Below, one piece after another: positions 24,280 through 36,175 of a stretch of 64,000 bases of DNA. Origin of the DNA: Oikopleura dioica (lineage: Eukaryota > Animalia > Chordata); assembly GCA_907165135.1 (NCBI GenBank), contig OU015566.1, positions 7,998,001-8,062,000 on the forward strand, written 5' to 3'. The translations under genes and the position numbers were made by a program. Under the pieces are notes generated by a model, which was not told the origin of the DNA, ran no database searches, and saw nothing but the letters and a program-made list of their open reading frames with translations. Every line of letters starts with the position of its first letter. Positions within the stretch are counted from its first letter, which is position 1.

Positions 24280-26030
24280 AGTGGGAAAATACGGGTTTGA
24301 AAATCGGTGCACTAGTTTTCGGGAAAATCCGCGATTACACAAAATACGACGGGAACATGTTTTCCACGCCGGACGGTGACGGCTAATGTTGAGAAAATAT
24401 ATAGTTTGGCAATTTTTTATCCACACGTGGTCCTGAAGATCGCGTCGGAATTGGATAAATAAAGGTATATCTTCAGCGGAAATTTTAAAACGTGAGCTAA
24501 AAATTTCTTATTTATTGAATTCGAATCGTTAATTGGGCAAAATTACATATCGCAATTTGGGTTTTTTCAAGTGAGAACACATTGGCAATTAGTCAGCGGC
24601 CTTGGTAATTCTGGTAAAGCAGCTATTAGCTCACTTGCCACAGGTTCGGCCACGAAGTAGTCGCCGAAAGTAGTTGGAATGTTGCTGGCGGCTGGCGGCC
24701 TCGTCATCTGTCCTCTGATACTGGCATGTGGACAATTCGTGCTATTTTCGCGGATTGAGCAAATCACCCACTTTTGCAACCGCTATTATCACGAGACTCG
24801 AATTATCGACACGTGATTAGTATGGGAGCTGTTTGTTTGATGAGAAATGCTTGCTTTCTATTTCGTAAAAATGGTTTTGAAGTGCGTGGACTCGAAATTC
24901 CTTCGCCAATTGAGTGATTCTTGATCTCCTATTTAATTCAATCGCTTTTTCACGGTGTACCCTTAATTTCATTTCACTGCTGTATTTTCAGCATTCAATT
25001 AACAGCCCTAGTTGATGATGTCCTCTCCTTTGTCAATTTTTATTTCCGGAAACAATGCACCGCGTTTTTCTATTTTGCACGAAAATATCAGCTGGGGTCG
25101 ATTAGATTTACCCAAAAATAATTTTCCCTCTTTGAAGATCAACGATCAGCGATCGTCATTTCGGAAATGGTAAATTTTGTTATGAGAAAAACAACTTCCG
25201 GATCGTCGTTTCGGAATAAGTCAACATTTTGAAGTTGTTGACTGATTCTAGCCCTTAGTTATTTAGCTTTAGATTGTGATTTTAGCAAAGCGGCTTCGTT
25301 TTCAAAAAAGCCGTTGCCCAGCTTTTTTTCCAAAGTCTTTCAGAAAATGTCCGAAGAAGAAAAGTTCATGCTTCGATCTATCTTTCTAAAGGAAATTCTT
25401 CTTTTTGGGGAAAATATTTTTCAAACTGACCTAACATTAATTGCATTTTTTCGACTACAAGACTGATTTTTTAATCAATTCTCGTGTCCACGTGTCCATT
25501 GGCAGGAAAATTAATAAAGATGAGGAGATGCAAAATAAAATGTTTTGAAAAAATACACCAAAGGGCCTACGACCTAGGTTGCCTATTTTTAAGATATTAA
25601 TTCTGTGTAAACCAAGCCACAAACAGATGGTAAGTAGACGGCTTTGAAAATCGTATGCAAATGTTTAACATGCATTTTCTAGCCGTGTTTTTGTGAAATT
25701 AACGTTGTCAAGTAACGTTTTGATGATGAAGATTTGTTCTGTTTTTCATTCGCGTAATTGCTTGTTTGAATTGAAGTTCTGGCGAAGTTATGTCATAACT
25801 TGAGCGATAACAATAGCTTAGGCTCGCTCCATGGGAAGTAGGAGATCCTGCTGGTCAAGATTTTATCGAAGGAAATCATACACTTTCATATCCTTTCAAC
25901 CAACATAACTACCGCCGGGCCTGTTTTTTAGAGCTACCTGAGACACAATAAATTAAGGGTGTCTCTAAGATAACTTGTAAACCCTTGATTTTTTCCACTG
26001 TAAATTTGTTTCCCCAAGCTTTCGTTATAT

Positions 26031-26048
26031 CTAACCCTAACCCTAACC
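26031..26048. repeat. Short interstitial (CCCTAA)n repeat between two 28-bp direct repeats
   Basis: CTAACCCTAACCCTAACC lies between ATAAATTAAGGGTGTCTC(TAA/GAT)GATAACT copies at 25948-25975 and 26068-26095. Confidence 0.5.
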
Positions 26049-28645
26049 TTTCCGATTTCTTAACGATATAAATTAAGGGTGTCTCGATGATAACTAATTA
26101 AAAAACCTCTTTTTGAAATTTTGATCTTTCCTGAATGTTAATTTTCCAAGATCGAATTATCAAAGCCGGACAGAATATAACGATTTCATAACGAACCATG
26201 TTTTCCGCTTCTACCAGCTTTTCCTTGATTTTTAGCCCATCATGAAATAAAATTAAAACGCGGATTTCACGTTCATTTCTACTTGAACATGAAAACTCTA
26301 CAGCGGTAATTGTGATTTTGTCGTACATAAAGCGTTCTTTACGATTTCTATTCGCCGGAGTTAGAGAAAGAAGGTATTATGCAAGAAAATAAAATGGAGC
26401 ATAAGAAAAAGAGATTAGCAGGACGAAGAAAGAAATCGGACATCAAAGCAAAGAAAACACTTTTCTTTGGCGAACTTTTTCGTTGGCGCTGGGAGTGATT
26501 GATTTGCGCCGGGAAAACTTAGTTTGATGATGTAAGAAGGTTCGGCGAATTCCGATGGGCGCTAGAATTTCCGACGACACTTGGATTCAAAATTTTAATT
26601 ACCGAGTAACCGGACCGGTACGATTCTAGGGAAGTGCTATCGTAGGCCGATTGTAAATATTTGCTGGGAGCTTTTTCTCACGTTTTTTGGAATCTCAGTG
26701 CTTTTTGCCAATTTCTAGTGCGGGGGAGTACTGTAATTATTCAGCTGATGCGCCGGAAAAAAGCTCTCTGCATCTCAATTTCAAATATTCACGTAAAAAA
26801 CCAAAGCCTCCCCTTTTTCTTCTTCTTTATCTATGTAAAGTGAGCGAGGCGGTTTCGATTTCAACCATTTTGTGCTTTTCATGTAGCCGCTCTTACCAGC
26901 AGAACTGGCCAGTGCCTTTTTTCAACGCTGCGGAAATCGAGATCAAAAGCGATTTAATTTTAATTAATAAAAAATTCACGGAAAGATCGAAAATTTTGAG
27001 CTGGAGCTTTGACATTTTTTGAAGTCTGGAGTCTGGAGTGGTGGCGAAAACCTTTAATTTAACCTTTTAGCGCGAAAAATAGAGCTTCTTTTACCGTTTC
27101 TGAAAACTGAACTCAAGAATCTCTAGAACGTCTAGTCATTTGTTTACTTTATGCAGCCAAATCTCATCGTAAATCCTCTCTTGGCGAAGAATGATGGCGT
27201 ATTCTGGTAAAAAGAGGCGGATTTGGGCTTCAAAGATGATCCGGGGATCAGAAAGTACATCCCCTTCGATCTCATACTCAGATGCGCTCAATTAATCCCC
27301 TTACGAAAAATATACAGAACTTTGTCTTCGAAGCCAAAAAGTGCTTTTGTGGAAATGAAGTTTATTTTTACATTTCCGTTCTCAAAACTTGCTGCTGGCG
27401 AAACAGACGAGAATAAATGATGAATCTGATGATTTTATCTCAAAACGGGCGGCTCCTAATTAGACAAATTTGGAAAAATTTGATTTTTGGGGAAAAAACT
27501 TTAATTGATGATTTATAAGTTATAAATTATAACTGGCGAAATTCGATAACGCCACAATTTTAGATTTCTAGCTATATTTATTTTATTTTATTTTTTTTTT
27601 TACTCTCTCAATTGAGTTTGCAAGGCTTGGTCTTCTCCAAAAGATTTTGATAAAAAACTACGAAGAAGTTTACATGAGAAACCATTTTCTTTAATTAAAA
27701 ATCGTCTTGGGCCACTTTTTGAGCTTTATTTTCAGGGAGAAAAATATCATTTTCTTCTTTATCTATGAGCAGGTGTGGTGGAGAACGAGAGGTTGCACCA
27801 AGCGGTGAGAACGTCCGTTCGGTTATTAGTATTTATTCAATTGCGAATTCCAGCCTTATAAAGCCAGATTCTACGGTGAGAGAGAGGCGCGATGAATTGC
27901 GTGCAGGGATGCACAAATATTCAATTCTCTGCGGTTTTATGAGCATTTTTTAATGAAAAAATCGACATCAACGACTTTCCATTTCACTAAAGTCAAAGAG
28001 CAAGTGAATGAAAGGGCATATCAGTGATAAAAAGGGTTGATTTCCAGGAGAAGGACTGGATTTCCAAGAAAACAAACAAATTGTCTCTAGAATTTGACGT
28101 TCGAGAGAGAAACTGAAACTTGACAACAAGAGCGCTCCGTCGTTTTCTCCCGTTTCAACAAAAAAGTGCTTATTTTCCCGAAATCAGGCGGCAGAAACAT
28201 CTTTTCAATACAATTTTTATACCATCTCAAGCAGAACCTAGCGCTCTATCCAAAAATCCCTGTAAGAAAAAAATCCAACCGTTGAATCTCTTGCCACAAC
28301 GAAAATGAGGGTTGATGTTTTCAAGTTTCGAAAAAAATCTGTCACGTGTTTTCGAGTTTCAGTTTTTTCTCTAGAACGCGTCCCTACCTCTGAGAAATTT
28401 GAAAAAATGAAATCAGTTTCCTCAGTTTCACTGCGCAGGTAAGACGGGAATAAAAAAAAATCCCGGGGAACCCCTCGAGGTTTGAATTTTGAACTAGACC
28501 CGGGAGACCTCTCGAAATTTAGATTTTGAAAAATTTCTGAAACAATTTTTAACTAACAACCCAATTCGCAAATTAAAATGAAGTTATTCTTCCGCTAACA
28601 ACTCTTTTTAGTTGCAACCGTTTTAAATACCCCCAACCTTTCAAA

Positions 28646-30225
28646 ATGTCTGACTACCCACCAACTGGTCTCTCCAAGGGCGTCAAAGAACTCCCCGAAT
28701 GGATCCAGAAGGGATGCGGCAACGAAGAGTACTATTGCGAAGAAAAAGGCGCTACTTTCCTCGGAGCCGCCGACAAAATGCCCGACGAGCTCCCCGACCT
28801 CTCCGAGCACAACAACTTCTTGACCGACGTTCTTAAGAAGCAGCCCGAGCTTTACAAGAACCTCAAGGACAAGAAGACCAAACTCGGTGTCACCCTCGGC
28901 CACTGCATCAAGACCGGCATCGACAACAAAGGTAAATACACAAACAACCGGTTCTAGAAACTTTCGAAATTGGTAAAGCGGGAATTTTTAAATTATTACG
29001 AAAAAATTAACGAAACAATGTTCTAATCTTATTTTTCAGGTCACCCCATGATCAAGACTGTCGGTCTCGTCGCCGGAGATGAAGAGTCCTACGAGCTCTT
29101 CGCCGAGCTTTTCGAGCCCGTCATCTCCGCCCGACACGGTGGCTACCCCAAGGACGCCGTCCACCCCACCGACCTTGATGTCTCCAAACTCACCGACACC
29201 AAGATCGACCCTACCGGCAAATACGTGCTTACCAGCCGATGCCGAACTGGACGATCCGTCAAAGGCTTCAAGCTCCCCCCAGTCACTGACTTCGAAGAGC
29301 GACGAAAACTCGAAGCTCTCGTCGTCAAGGGTCTTCTCTCCATGGAGGGTGACCTTAAAGGTGACTACTTCCCCCTTCACGGCTCCCAGTCCTACGCTCC
29401 CAAGCCCAACGGCATGAGCCTCGAGAAGGAAGAAGAGCTCCGAACCGCCGGTAACCTTTTCCAGGTAAGAAACGAAAACAATCCTAGTTCTAGAGATTTT
29501 CCTCCTTGATTTCAAAAACTCGAATTCTAACTCAAATTTTCAGGAACCCGACTCCACCCTCCTCCTTTCCTCCGGCTGCGGCCGACACTGGCCCGATGCC
29601 CGAGGTATCTTCCACAACGAAGCCTCCAACCTCTTCGTCTGGGTCAACGAAGAGGACCAGATGCGAATCGTCTCCATGGAGAAGGGCGATGATATCAAAC
29701 GAATCATCACCCGATTCGCCAACGCCACCACCCAGATCCAGAAGGTCCTCAAGGCTGAAGGCGCTGACTTCATGCACTCCGAGCACCTCGGCTGGATCTT
29801 GACTTGCCCATCCAACCTCGGAACTGGTCTCCGAGCTGGTTGCATGGTCAAAGTTCCACTTTTCTCCGCCCGACCTGACTTCAAGGCTGTCTGCGCCAAG
29901 ATGGGTCTCCAGGTACGTCCTTTGATAAGTTTAAAAATCACGTGTCCCTAAAAGAGACTCTTAACTTATATATTTATTCTTTTATTTATTCTATATTTAT
30001 TCTTACTCATCTTTTCAGACCCGAGGTACCGCTGGAGTTGACTCCGCCTCCACTGGTGGCACCTGGGACATCTCCAACGCCGACCGACTTGGCAAGTCCG
30101 AAGTCCAGCTCGTCAACATCTTCATCGAAGGTGTCGCCCAAATCATCCGATGGGAACAGGCTCTCGAAGCCGGCGAAAACATTGACGAAGCCGTCGCCAA
30201 GGCCGGACTCCCCGCCAAATTCTAA
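28646..30225 (+). CDS. Phosphagen (ATP:guanido) kinase, creatine-kinase-like (exons 28646-28931, 29040-29464, 29544-29912, 30019-30225)
   Basis: Motifs [75 protein letters not shown]. All introns are GT-AG. The strong C-ending codon bias suggests high expression. Confidence 0.95.
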
Positions 30226-30495
30226 TTTGTTTCTCACCTCATCCTTTTCTACCTCATTTACCCTTTTTTCCTGCCCCTACCCTTCCGTTCTGTTCCTGTT
30301 GATTCCAGCTTTCACTCTGATGTTTGAAAGGCCCTTTTTCGCCTCCCCCTTCCAAATTTTTTAGATCTGTAAATATATAGGTTCATTTCGGCCACCCTAA
30401 TTAAAAAACTTGTCTTTCTTTTTGTTGTCAGCGGTTGTTTTGTAGTCGTGGTAGTTCGGAAGTGAACGTAGATTGAGGCTTATTGTCGAGAAAGT

Positions 30496-32099
30496 TTATT
30501 CAGAAAAGGGTTTGTAAATGTTTTCTCGCTCTTTCTCGTCGCAGTATTTCTTTGCATCATATGCAAAGTATGGAAAGATAATGAGCAACAAGCTACAAAG
30601 TCCGAAGAAAATGTATGAAACTTCAGAAAACCGGTAGTCTTGCACGCTTCCTTGGAGGAGAAAGTTATATAGCGCTGGATAAATGAACGTTATAGGAAGA
30701 TAAAATAAGTTTATGACGATGAAGACTTTTGGCGCTAGATGTCGTGGATAGAATGTGTAGACAAACTAAGATGAACTTAATCAATAAGAATAACTGAAAT
30801 CGACTTACGATTTGAGGGCAGGTCATGAAGATTGGCTGAACTGTCTGAAGAAGTGTAACAAGCAAAAGAGGCAGGCCTTTGCCCCCTCCTTCTGGAATCT
30901 TCATCATCATTATCGTCGTTATTGCAAAGACGTGTAAAATTGAAATAAACATTTGTGTAAGATATGAAAGAAGTATTGCTTTGTCTTTCGAAAAACATTT
31001 TTTGAAGCCTTCAAGCAAGGCCACCAACATAAAGGGGACAACGATGTGAAGACAATTCAGGTAGCCGTAAACATCAATAATCTCACTTTTGTAATCGTCG
31101 ACGACACACGCTTTGCCGGGATCGTTTTCGCAAAGAAGAGAGTCTTCATAGTATGCGTAGTCAAGCCAAGCGTTAACGTGACCCATCGCGGTAGCACAAC
31201 GGCTCCAAATTATTGCGTTGAAAAATAGCATAAAAAGGAACCTCCAAGAAGCTAACATGCGGAAAAATTCTCTGACGCTGACGTTGTTGTCTTCGATCTG
31301 TTTGTCTTTTATTTCTGGTTGTGTTGAAGCTGCATATTTCTTTCCAATCACACATTGTCCGACGATCGAAGCTTGGAATAGGTTATAATTAATCGGAACT
31401 GGGCTGGGAATGAGATCCTTGGGCAGAAGGAAGAACGATCGAACATGAACAATGAGAGAAAACGCGGCCAACAGGAACAAAAACGAAGAAAGACTCATAA
31501 CTTCCATGTCTGTAAACTTTTTCCCGACAAGAAAAGTTATCAAAGAAAACATCCATATTCCAGGAAATAGAATTGTCGCAATGCTACTGTTCTCGCCCAT
31601 ATAGATTTGACCAAGGGAAATGTTTTGAGAAAGATTTCGATACGCAGGGAGACTGATTAGTATTTGCCCGACAAAGAGGAGGTACGGATTCGTTTTGTAC
31701 ATTCCCATCGTAGCAAAGCCAACGGTAAGAAGTGAGCCACAAACAAATCTTCCTGCAAAGAAGCCGAAGTAGTCCTGGAAAAGTTTGATGAGCAAATCAC
31801 CAATGATCGAGCAAGAGAGAGTGAGAGTCCAAATCAATCCGAAAATTTCTTTTGCAGCGGTGCAATGAATATGAGCTGATTTCGAGGTGAAAATTGTTCT
31901 CTTCTATGATTTCAACCAACAAGAATTTCACCTGCTTTCCTGAAATTTCTTCTTCAGTGCAATACTGCTCCATGAATAGCTTCTCCTCCTCGAGTGTGTA
32001 CTGAATGTAAACGAATCCATAGCTTGCGCAGCCGATAACGGCCATCTCTAGCAACCCTAGTACGAGAGAAATTCCATTGAAGACTTTAGACCTGTTCAT
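30496..32099 (-). CDS. SLC43-family (LAT3/LAT4-like) MFS transporter, multi-exon
   Basis: N-terminus LGLLEMAVIGCASYGFVYIQYTLEEEKLFMEQYC resembles SLC43 (LENL.FSAVLLGW.SL...L..EGFY...C). There are many hydrophobic TM segments, and the last exon ends ...YKPFSE* at 30496. Confidence 0.7.
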
Positions 32100-32225
32100 T
32101 TTCGACTAAGAAAGAACTACTAAAATGAATCGTCATCTTACAGGTACGTTTGCTTTTATACTTCTGCATTTTTTATATTTTCTTCAACAGTAAAATGCGA
32201 TCCAGTTGAGACTAGAACGCTCTTT

Positions 32226-32823
32226 ATGATGAAACAAGATTTTATTTTACTGTCGATTTGCAATTCTGTTCTTTGTGAGTGTCAGATTTGAAACGTGGGA
32301 GTGGCCATGCTATTTGAAAATATTTTCGGAGCATTGAGAAATTCGAAAGTTTATAGCTTGAAACAAATTTACTTCTGACTGTTCTCTGCGATTGCATAAT
32401 TCTGTCACGAGGTAAGTGCCAAAGCCAGTTTAGTTTCTAGATACGACATTGCCTGCGCTACTTTTGCATGATAGCAAATCTAGTTGCAATCTCTTTGAGA
32501 TGGATGACTTCGAACTCTTTAGGAAATGCTTACGAAGACTGATATTACCACAGTCAATTCATTGAGCACATTCAGTTCAGTTTAGTAACGAATCTGTGGA
32601 GCTTATGGATCGTGACAATGGTCATTGGAAGCTTCATTGGACTCTCGCAGCTTGCTTAGTATGCATCGATACATTCTGTCAATGACCCTAAATCGAGTAT
32701 TTTACTAGCTTTACTGTCGCTTATGAGCCTCCATCTCCGATAACAATCATCCCTCCTCGTACTTATGTAGACCTTGGTGGAAGTGGAGAAACAGGTTCAA
32801 ATCATTTTTATAAGATAATTTAA
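32226..32823 (+). CDS. Possible small multi-exon orphan gene or remnant
   Basis: Signal-like MMKQDFILLSICNSVL followed by a GTGAGT donor. Further open segments (AHSVQFSNESVELMDRDNGHWKLHWTLAACL; FTVAYEPPSPITIIPPRTYVDLGG) are bounded by GT/AG. No recognisable domain. Confidence 0.3.
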
Positions 32824-33392
32824 ATAAGATAATAATAATATTCTCACCCAAAGTGAAATTTTCAAGAACATGATGTTTTAGTTATTTTTGGCGACAATAG
32901 GCACAAATCAATATGAAAATTGAACCTCTAAAGATTGGCGGCGAACCGTTCGCCCGACCGTTATTATTCAGCAACCTCCACTAAGATACTAGTCGAAGCA
33001 TTCTTCTTGGTAATCTTTATTCGCAAAAAATATACAAATAGAAAGACAAAACAGATGTTTCTCTTATAATTGAGTTTCTTTTGTACTTCAGCCCCCCTCA
33101 TTTAACATTTTTCAATTTCTGATTTGGCGGAGAGAGATTTCCTTCATAAAGATGCCCGGATTCCGGGCCCGGGAAATCAAAAAGTCTGGCATTAACTTTC
33201 GTTTGTTTCAACGATAAGAAGCGATTAGGGGCAGTTTAACTGTCTCAAAGATAGATTGCAGCGATGCAGATTTATTTATCATTTTTATTAGATAATTTTT
33301 GACCGTTGACACGTCCGTCCGGTGACGAATACTAAACATTAGTAAAGCAACTGCAAACATAAAATCGAACAGAAACATCCGCCGTGAGGAGG

Positions 33393-33550
33393 ATGAGAAG
33401 CAGAGAATTTCTAATACCGACCATATCCTTTCTTCTTGGAGCTTTTTTCTCAGTAACGGTTCAGTACTTTATTTTTTTCTTCATATATTTTCCGAGTTAA
33501 AATTGTGATTTTTGATGATGTTTTGACAAAAACGGCGTTATTTAGCAAAA
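33393..33550 (+). pseudogene. Stranded duplicate of the first exon of the B4GALNT-like gene
   Basis: MRSREFLIPTISFLLGAFFSVTVQYF parallels MKTREFLITSIFFSLGAFFSAAVRYF at 33803, with obvious DNA similarity. It terminates quickly and no catalytic exons follow. Confidence 0.55.
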
Positions 33551-33802
33551 AATAATATTCTCACCCAAAGTGAAATTTTCAAGAACATGATGTTTTAGTT
33601 ATTTTTGGCGACATTCGGCGACATTCGGCGACAATGACAGTGTCACCCGATTATTGCAAATGCCTAGAGTTTCAACATATTCCGAAGCTTCTTTGCGGCG
33701 GAGCGGATTCATTTTAAATAAATGAATCATTTATCATTTTTACAGGGGAATTCATTGACATTTGACACATTTGTCCGAATAGTGAGGCAATTATTGAAGA
33801 GA

Positions 33803-35671
33803 ATGAAAACCAGAGAATTTCTAATTACGAGCATATTTTTTTCTCTTGGAGCTTTTTTCTCAGCAGCGGTTCGGTACTTTAAATTTTTGTTCCAAAATTA
33901 AGATCGATATTTCTGAGCCCCCAAAAGCAACCATCATCTACAGAGACTTGTACATTCATACCTTCGAAGATAACCAGCACAAAAGATTTGAGAAACTAGC
34001 TCTTCAGGACTCTTTTGCCGAGATTAGAGAAATTGAAGAACATAAAGAAGCAACTGAGTTGGAAAAGTACGTCCCCAAAAGAGTCGATCATCTAGGTAAG
34101 GAGCAGAATAATCTTACTTGTTGTGATTTCTACTTTGAAGAATACGAACGCCTGAGTGACACTTCGAATTTACGACCTTGGGACCGTGGAATTCCTACAC
34201 ATTTAATACAGCCTAAAGATCTGTATAAAAACTCTTCCTGTAAATGTGGCAGGCTCAATTACAAAGATGTCTCTGGAGACATCACCGAACATCTGAACGA
34301 CCACGAAAACTGGAAGAGAGACCATTATTACGAAGTTGCGAAACCAGCGCCCATTTTAACCCCTGCCTTTCTGCCGGTTGAATTTGTCTCCAGTGGATAC
34401 AAAGTTGAGCCGCTAGAATCCGTCGACCTCCAGATTAGAATCATTTCCAAAAATGAACATACAGTTACGCCAGTTTTTACGTCTTTCTACGGAGATATCC
34501 AGAACTCAAAATGTTCCAAAAATGAGAAAAAATACATTTGCAAAGAAATGACAGTCGAAGAATTCAATTTATCCAAATTCAAATATGTTCCAAACACCTA
34601 CGACTCAAGAAAGCTGGAAGATCTTGTCACGATGAAAACCTCTGGAAACATAGAAGTAGAAATATCGTTTCCGGTTACGATTGAAAGAGCGAAAATGCCA
34701 GTCCTTGTTCATCGGACTTCAAATGTCATTACAGATAGAGTGACTGTGATAACGAAGACGTTTCTTAGGTAATTCTCGACCCCGGCATCAATATCATTTA
34801 TTTGTAGATATCCCTGCGTAGAGCGGCTCATCAAATCTCTCGAAGAATTTTATCCGGGAATAACCCTTATAATCGCTGACGACAATCCCGATGACTACTT
34901 CAAGAAACTGACAAGCGAAAGTATCACGGTCAAGCAATTTAAGATGCCAGAAGCAGAAGGTTGGTTTACTGGGCGCAATTTAGCAGCAAGTCAAGTCAGG
35001 ACGCAATTTTATCTTTGGGTCGATGATGACTTCTGGTTCACCGAAGAGACGGACTTACAATACATGGTCAATGTGGCGGAGAAGACAGGATTCGACATTA
35101 TCGGCGCCGGAATAAATGGGTAACGACGAAAGACAAGTAAAATTTCATTAAAAATATTTAGCCATATTCAATCAAAATGGGCAAAATGGGGCCACATAAG
35201 TCTCCTCCCATCTAATGACGGTTATTGCTACAGTAGAACGGAATACAGCAACTTTGCCCTTCCAGGTTTCGAGGAGGAATGTGAAGTGACAGATGTCATT
35301 CTCAACTTCTTTCTTGCCCGAACTATGACAGCCGGCAAGATCAGATTCGGTTAGTCTTCCCACAATTGAAATCACGAAAAAGACCCTTTTAGACCCTGAA
35401 TTTACTAACAAGGGACATCGAGAATTTTTCGTCGATTCGATCGGTCATCTTAGAGTTGCTTGGTGTTCGAAGCCGATGATAATGCACAAGAGTGATTGTG
35501 CACCAACAGAAAGAAAGGAAGACTATGTTTCTGCAAGAACAGCAGCCAAAGATAAAGGTTTGGCGTTTCGTAATTGTGATGACATTATCCTCGTCTTCAG
35601 ATTTTTGGCTAATGCTGCAAGAATTGTGGTATTACAGAAATCATATTCAATGTTCAACTGAAGCTCCCTAA
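33803..35671 (+). CDS. Beta-1,4-N-acetylgalactosaminyltransferase-like (B4GALNT1/2 family, GT2), type II membrane
   Basis: VTVITKTFLR|YPCVERLIKS, TLIIADD, GWFTGRNLAASQVRTQFYLWVDDDF, DVILNFFLART, GHREFFVD and C-terminal YYRNHIQC match B4GALNT motifs. The junction between the TM exon and the long exon is uncertain. Confidence 0.85.
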
Positions 35672-36175
35672 GCTCCTGCCACATTTCTATCGACTTATAT
35701 TTAAATAAACTGAACAAAGCCAATTACTTTTTGTTTCCTTCAAATTATCTCACAAAATCCAGGAAACTCATGCATTGAAAAAACTCGTAAAAAGCTCCGC
35801 TAATTGCATTTGATCCGTCTCGACGTCACCTTTTTGTGATTTTTAATTAGAGATCATGTCAGCCGTCCAAGAAGACGAAGATTTTCCAAAACTTTTTGCG
35901 ATTTTTTTCTCGCTAACTTTTTTGCTCCTTCTTGGCGCGGCGCTGTGCTTCTTTGGGAAAAACTGCAAGAAAAAATGCTGCCCGAATAAAACTGCTTCCG
36001 ATCCTTCTTGATTTTTTTCTTTGAATAAATGATTGACTCGATTGTACTTCGTATTTATTGATTCGTTCCGCGTCACCACGCAGTGGGCACGTTTTTATTT
36101 CCTGTACAGAATTTTAAATTTACACAAACTAACATAATATAACAGTTATAATTTCTATGACAGTTAAATCTAGCG

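Noticed and set aside
23101-24779. Minus ORFs at 23101-23304 and 24567-24779 as exons of one gene
   Set aside because: No consistent phase or acceptors established and no homology recognised.
29036-30237. Several long antisense and alternative-frame ORFs over the kinase gene
   Set aside because: Shadow ORFs caused by strong codon bias; the same applies to shadows over ACADVL and HERC1.
33605-33632. 11-bp tandem repeat GGCGACATTC(G) x2.5, and the two ~40-bp repeats at 28456-28530
   Set aside because: Too short and without spacers; not CRISPR-like, just local slippage duplications.
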